Shown: one piece after another, positions 57,503 through 64,000 of the stretch
Layout of the letters: each line of letters begins with the position of its first letter
Position numbering within the stretch: position 1 is the stretch's first letter
Assembly: GCF_006345805.1 (NCBI RefSeq)
Contig: NC_042998.1
Coordinates: forward strand, 11,718,001 to 11,782,000
Origin: Octopus sinensis
Taxonomy: Eukaryota
Reading direction: 5' to 3'
Length of the DNA stretch: 64,000 bases
Position numbers and translations under genes: made by a program
Notes under the pieces: generated by a model
The model's input: only the letters and a program-made list of their open reading frames with translations
What the model was told of the DNA's origin: nothing
Database searches by the model: none

Positions 57503-58184
57503 CCACTAGAGTAATATTGGTTTCAATATGCTTCAGATAGTGTTTGGAAAGGTGCTAAAAACTTTTCTGAATTTCATCTTTATTCATGCTCAGTAAATCG
57601 TGTTCAAAAGCTCCTAGTGTTATATTCTGCGGTGGACATTTGCGAGATATAAAACAGAATTTAGAATTAGAAAATAATACGTGAGATCCTTTTTTGAATA
57701 AAAGTCTTTCAAGTGTATACGCTTGATTAGATGCTCGCTATTAATTTCTATTTGCTTCATCATATCCAATTATCCTGGTGGCATCAGAATATTCTGCATA
57801 GAAAATGCGAGAGAAAATTGTTCAATTAAGGAGAAAAGGACAGGTTTGATAGCACGAACAGGATAAATAGAACTCAACATAAATGAATAGATTTTTTAAT
57901 CTTTAATCGGCAGAAGTTGCACAATGACTCGTGGACGGAAAGTTTCGTTCAGGGCATTTATGAAACTACTTCACAATCTGGAAGGACACCCACCCCACTC
58001 AAAGACACACAGATACAGATATTTACACAAAAATATGCGCAACTATGTACGTGCTTAAATGGGGATATATATATGCGCATGTACGAAAGTATGCATACAC
58101 ACACATACATACACACGTTGTATGTGCTTCGATCTCCCCCTTCTCTCTCTCTTTTTTTTCTCTCTCTCTCTCTATATATATAGG

Positions 58185-58400
58185 AGCTCGCTTCGAGAAC
58201 TGCATTCCTTTGCGTTCGGTACAATGTGTTTATTATGGTGGTTTTGACTTTAAGAGTCCCTCGTAGAGCGAGGCATTTATGTATAGTAATGCTCTTAATA
58301 TAAATAAATATATTTAAAGGGAATAATTAATAGTTTTTCCTTTATGAGGTTTTTCTCGCAAAATACTTGATAAATTATTATAAAGATTTTATCCTATATA
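58185..58400 (-). repeat. Diverged copy of the repeat unit at 50589-50790
   Basis: Reverse complement has ataggataaaatctt...gaaaaacctc...gagggact..aagtcaaaac...gtaccgaa in the same order. Confidence 0.75.
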
Positions 58401-58507
58401 TATATATACATCTCTCTCTCTCACACTCTCCCTTTCTCTCTCTCTATATATATATTTGAGTGAATTGTCTTTTCTTATTGTTTCGCATTTCTAAACATTC
58501 ATATATG

Positions 58508-58741
58508 TATTTCTTTACTACCCACAAGGGGCTAAACACAGAGGGGACAAAAACGGACAAACAAAGGGATTAAGTCGATTATATCGACCCCAGTGCGTAA
58601 CTGGTACTTAATTTATCGACCCCGAAAGGATGAAAGGCAAAGCCGATCTCGGCGGAATTTGAACTCTGAACGTAACGGCAAACGAAATACGGTTACGCAA
58701 TTCGCCCGGCGTGTTAACGTTTTCTGCCAGCTCGCCGCCTT
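58508..58741 (-). mobile_element. SINE family C (C1), full length
   Basis: Reverse complement closely matches 37795-38027. Confidence 0.92.
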
Positions 58742-58834
58742 ACATTCATATATATTTATGTTACTACATTCTAAGAGAGGAATAAATGCGTCATATGTAT
58801 ACGTATATATGTACTTTTGTATGTAAAATTTATC

Positions 58835-58899
<65 letters not shown>

Positions 58900-59275
58900 A
58901 TATACATACATACATATATATGTGTGTGTGTATGTATATTGCCACGGCCGCCAGAACTGGAATTTCCCATGGTTTCGACCTGCTATAGGGTTTTTAGTGA
59001 CAAGTTGTCCAACAGCGTGATAACAGCCGAATCTCCTGTCAATGATAAACAGAGTGTCATTGTCTATTCAGGTACTCGTTGAGAACGTCCGATTGATTGC
59101 TTAACTGGATTGCTTAAGTACAAAAAATAAGGTAAACAGACAACAGTAAAAACAATGACGAACTAACAAATTTCTTTACGAACCAACAATCAATATTTCT
59201 TGTGAACTAACCAACCGATACCTTCCAACTTCACTGCGAACTAAACACGAATTTCACTCAACTCCGAACTCTCAA

Positions 59276-59433
59276 CGACGGGCTTCTTTCAGTTTCCGGC
59301 TACCAAATCCACCCACAAGGCTTTGGTCGGCTCGAGGCTATAGTAGAAGACACTTGCTGAAGAGCATTGGGACTGAACCTGGAACCATGTAGTCAAGAAG
59401 TAAGCCTCTTACCACACAACCGCGCCTGCGCCT
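59276..59433 (-). mobile_element. SINE family B, 5' half, diverged
   Basis: cttctttcagtttccg...gggactgaacc...cctgcgcct. Confidence 0.8.
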
Positions 59434-59497
59434 ATACATATGCATGGGCACACACACATACAGACATACACACCGTCTCTCTATCTCTCTCTTTCAC

Positions 59498-59535
<38 letters not shown>

Positions 59536-59851
59536 GACACATACACACACAATCATACATATATTGGTCTAACAAATAAGATGAAACATTCGTGACCCAG
59601 ACGCTACACCGGAAAGACTTATGCACAAGATGTTGCATTATGAAATCTAACATGCAACTATGTAATTGTGAAAAGAACTTCTTAAGGACATATCTATCGT
59701 TACGCTTGAAAAGCATACGAATGCAACATCATAATTATCATCATCATTTATCAAGGTAGATTGGCATTACGTCAACCATGCTAATAAAGAAATGCTGTGC
59801 ATATGCATTTGCTATCTACCTCTCTATCTACATGTCTTATTATATATTTTC

Positions 59852-59915
<64 letters not shown>

Positions 59916-59920
59916 GTCTG

Positions 59921-59963
<43 letters not shown>

Positions 59964-61459
59964 GTGTAGCTATATATCCGTCTCTCTCTCTGTCTGTTTG
60001 CTCTCTGTCTGTCTCTCTGTCATTCAGGCTGTCTGTCTCTACCTTTCTACCTATCTATCTCCCTATCTACCTACTTAAGTATATGAATATATCTTCCTTT
60101 TTAATATAGGTAAGTATATAAAGGAATCTTTCGTCTAAAGAATATACTGCCTTCTACCACTAATTAATTCTATTGTTAGCATCAATCGACTACTCATCAC
60201 GAGATTAAGAATGGTTTAAATATATATACAATAAGATTTACATTGAATTTGATTTAGAAAGAAATAAAGAAAAGAAATATGGGCTTTCTCTTTCTTTGCT
60301 TTGTTTCTACGTAGTGTTTGAACAATTTTCTACATCTGTTTCAAGGGGGATGATTGAAAACATACTCATATATATGTGTATGTATATGTATGTATGTGTA
60401 TATTCATGAGTGCACATATGTGTGTTAGTCTACCGATTGCTCAAACAACTGTCTTAAACCTAACTGAGTAAAAAATGCGCAACTAATAGGTACAAAAAAG
60501 GTGGCTCAAGTACCTACATGAAGAAATATGAAAAAGAAATAATGGCATTAAAATAAACAAGTAGGATTCGTTAGCAAATAAATCACTCAAATAAAGAGGG
60601 ATCATCTTTGACTGAATCCGGCACTTCAATGTAACAAGACCTTAAAGTTTCAGCGATAAATATGGGCGTAGAAAGAAGCACAAACTAGTTAACATAGCTC
60701 CACATCTGCGAATAAATATCACCAGTTAGCACCATTAGGCTACAGGGACGTAAACAAACCATCTCTGACAGTAAAGTAGTGGGGCGCAAAGAAGCGCGTA
60801 CATACACACATTCGCATACATATATTCACACATACACACACAACCACGTACAAGCACATTTAGATACAAACACACACGATTGCGTCTGGTTTCTTCAGGG
60901 TTTCCATCTAACAGATTTCTTCACAAAACTTGAAGCTATTGTGGAAAGTACTTGCCCAAAGTGTAAAACAACAGAGCTAAAGCCCAAACCGCACGAATAT
61001 CTGTATACGTTTGTATATAAATGTATGTATATGTTGCGTGTGCCTGCGCATGTACGTTTGTATTTATGTTTGTGCTTGTGTACATGAGTGTATGCATTCC
61101 AATATGTATGCATCTATATTCGTGAAACTGTGTGATCGTATGAGTGTGAGAGTATTTCTCTGTGTGGGAGAAGGCTAAAGAAAATGCATGTAAGATGTGC
61201 GATACATGTTCGTACATGGAGTGTTACAGCGAGATTGTTATTTTCACAAGGAATGCGCCTGGACAAAAGAATGAAATGCAATTGAATAGACCACCAGTTT
61301 TTTTGGTTTTAAATGATATCTTTCCGTTGGAATATGTAAGCCGAATAAAAGGAGAAAGTGACTGAATAAGAATTGAAACAATATCACGTAGATCCAAGGT
61401 TTTCATAACATGAATTAATCTTCTTTAGAAATGCAAGTGCTTCAGATGTCTGTCTTTTT

Positions 61460-61700
<241 letters not shown>

Positions 61701-62020
61701 TATTTGTTTCACTTTCACTCCATACTCGCACGTGCACGCACACACACATACACATGCACTCATGCTTTTGTATGTGTGCGCGCGCGTGTGTATTTGTGTG
61801 TACGTATGTGTACATGTATACGCGTACAAAATCAATAGAATTAACAAAGGAGAAAGTGAATGAATAGGAACTGTAACAATTCCAGGAGTTCATCCATTTC
61901 CTAATATCAGGTAATCTTCTTTAGGCATATAAAGAATTTATAAGTGTGTCTGTCTATTTTCTGCCTGTCTGCGTGTATCTCTGTCTCTTTACCTCTCTCT
62001 CCCTCTCTCTTTCTCTCTAC

Positions 62021-62100
<80 letters not shown>

Positions 62101-62712
62101 GCATAGATATATAAGTATATATACGTAAGCAGAAATACATATGCATACATACATGAAACAAACGAAAGAGTACATGCGTTTCTGTTGCGTGACAGGTAGG
62201 ATTTTAGAGTACTTAATTCTGGTTATCTCTTTCACATAATATATATGTTTCTCAAGGTTTTCTCATGGCAGCTATGAATGTAATAATCTGTTTCAAAATT
62301 TCAAATTTCTGCTTTTTAGCATCTTCTATAGGTATAATAATATAGGTATATATTATTCCAAACAGTTTGATTAGGATTCCATGCTACTTCAAGATATATA
62401 TATCAAAAATAAGCAACAAGAATAACTTCGATAATTTAGTACGATCGTTTCACGCAACATCACATTTTATTAAATATTGTCACTATTACAACAGTTTTAA
62501 AATGTTGAGCAATCATCCGACATTTATAGAGGTTTTCGATTAATACATAATTTTCATATCACCCCATGGATTTATATGGATAACACCATACATAATTCTG
62601 GTGCATCTAGCTTAGGTACCATATTCATTTGAATCTAAATTTTGCTGACTGACATATTTATATATATATGAATTATTAAGGTGGCTATTCGCAATTTACA
62701 ACCGAAAGGCAA

Positions 62713-62872
62713 CAAGTACAGTCGTCACTAAAGTAACTGAGGGTGGTAGTGACCACAAACATTGCTAGAAATAAGAGTGAAAACAAAGAGGCAAAGAGTT
62801 GTATTGACTCTTGTCTCTAGCAATGGTGTTGAAGACCTGCACCCTCAATCACTTTAATGACGACTATACTTG
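62713..62872. repeat. 160-bp imperfect hairpin (MITE-like)
   Basis: caagtacagtcgtcactaaagtaactgagggtg pairs with caccctcaatcactttaatgacgactatacttg; inner cattgctaga pairs with tctagcaatg. Confidence 0.8.
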
Positions 62873-62877
62873 AATCT

Positions 62878-62945
<68 letters not shown>

Positions 62946-63111
62946 ACAGGTAGCAGAGTTAGCGGTTATAGTAACCGACTAAGGGATAAAATATCCGTAT
63001 TTACTCTCATGCTTTGAATTAAATAATAATAAGCTACAGATGTGGTTCAAATGATTTGTTGATCTAAGGTTTTCTCTCCATTTTCTAATTATTTAAATGT
63101 ATATATATATA

Positions 63112-63156
<45 letters not shown>

Positions 63157-63167
63157 ATATTATATAA

Positions 63168-63273
<106 letters not shown>

Positions 63274-63416
63274 GAGGGCATATCACGCTATCTACCTGAC
63301 GATTTCTTGTTAAGATTCCTTATTAAGAAGTTATCCTTAATTGTTAAATTTAAATTATATATATATATATATGTTAAGCAGTGTCGATTTTTACAATTCT
63401 GTAAATAATAATAATA

Positions 63417-63485
<69 letters not shown>

Positions 63486-63865
63486 AATAATAATAATATA
63501 ATAATAATATAATAATAATAATAATGATAATATTTTATTAGTTTAAAGTTTATAAGCGATCATCGTGCAATGATTAAAGAAATAGTCTAATACTGGGTTA
63601 TTTAAGCCTTCAACGGAATAAAGTAGGTGTTCCCGTACGCATGGGACTGGAAACCACTGTTCTTTGTTTTCGCGACTAGCGTGTTGACTACACATTTACA
63701 CGACTGTGTTGACGCATTTATTCTAAACGTACATTTAACGAATCAGATGGCTTTCATTTTCTCAAGGAATGTACTTATACTCTTTAAATATTCCCAAATA
63801 TACCTATTACGGATTTAAAGACAGATAATAAAAAAGAAACCGAATTAAAAACATTTATCCCATTA

Positions 63866-64000
63866 ACTCTTTTAACTCTTTTACTTGTTTCAGTCATTTG
63901 ACTGCGGCCATGCTGGAGCACCGCCTTTAGCCGAACAAATCTATCCCGGGACTTATTCTTTGTAAGCCCAGTACTTATTCTATCGGTCTCTTTTTTGCCG
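63866..64000 (-). mobile_element. SINE family B, 3' part, cut by the window edge
   Basis: Matches 14877-15000. Confidence 0.9.

Overview
AT-rich eukaryotic DNA made almost entirely of transposable-element remnants and microsatellites. The repeat content points to an octopus (cephalopod) genome, intergenic or deep-intronic; this is inferred, not proven. No host protein-coding gene can be supported; one weak exon-like island lies at 29.7-29.9 kb. Non-LTR retrotransposons: four pieces of a Tx1/L1-type LINE family, three R4/Dong-type RLE pieces, two CR1-clade pieces and a Penelope-like GIY-YIG relic. DNA transposons: a pogo-like TIR element with a PHD-finger remnant, an internally deleted DD36E Tc1, two mariner fragments and a maT-like fragment. 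There are more than 25 copies of three tRNA-derived SINE families, called A, B and C here; many have clean target-site duplications (TSDs). Several local fold-back or inverted duplications also occur. Highlights: SINE B and the CR1 LINE share a 3' end with a compensated hairpin; Tx1 appears to target (TATC)n and R4/Dong appears to target (TAA)n; a TIR pair encloses a copy of nearby DNA; and TGA codons sit at conserved Cys positions in the Penelope-like relic. All family names come from motif recognition; no database search was run.
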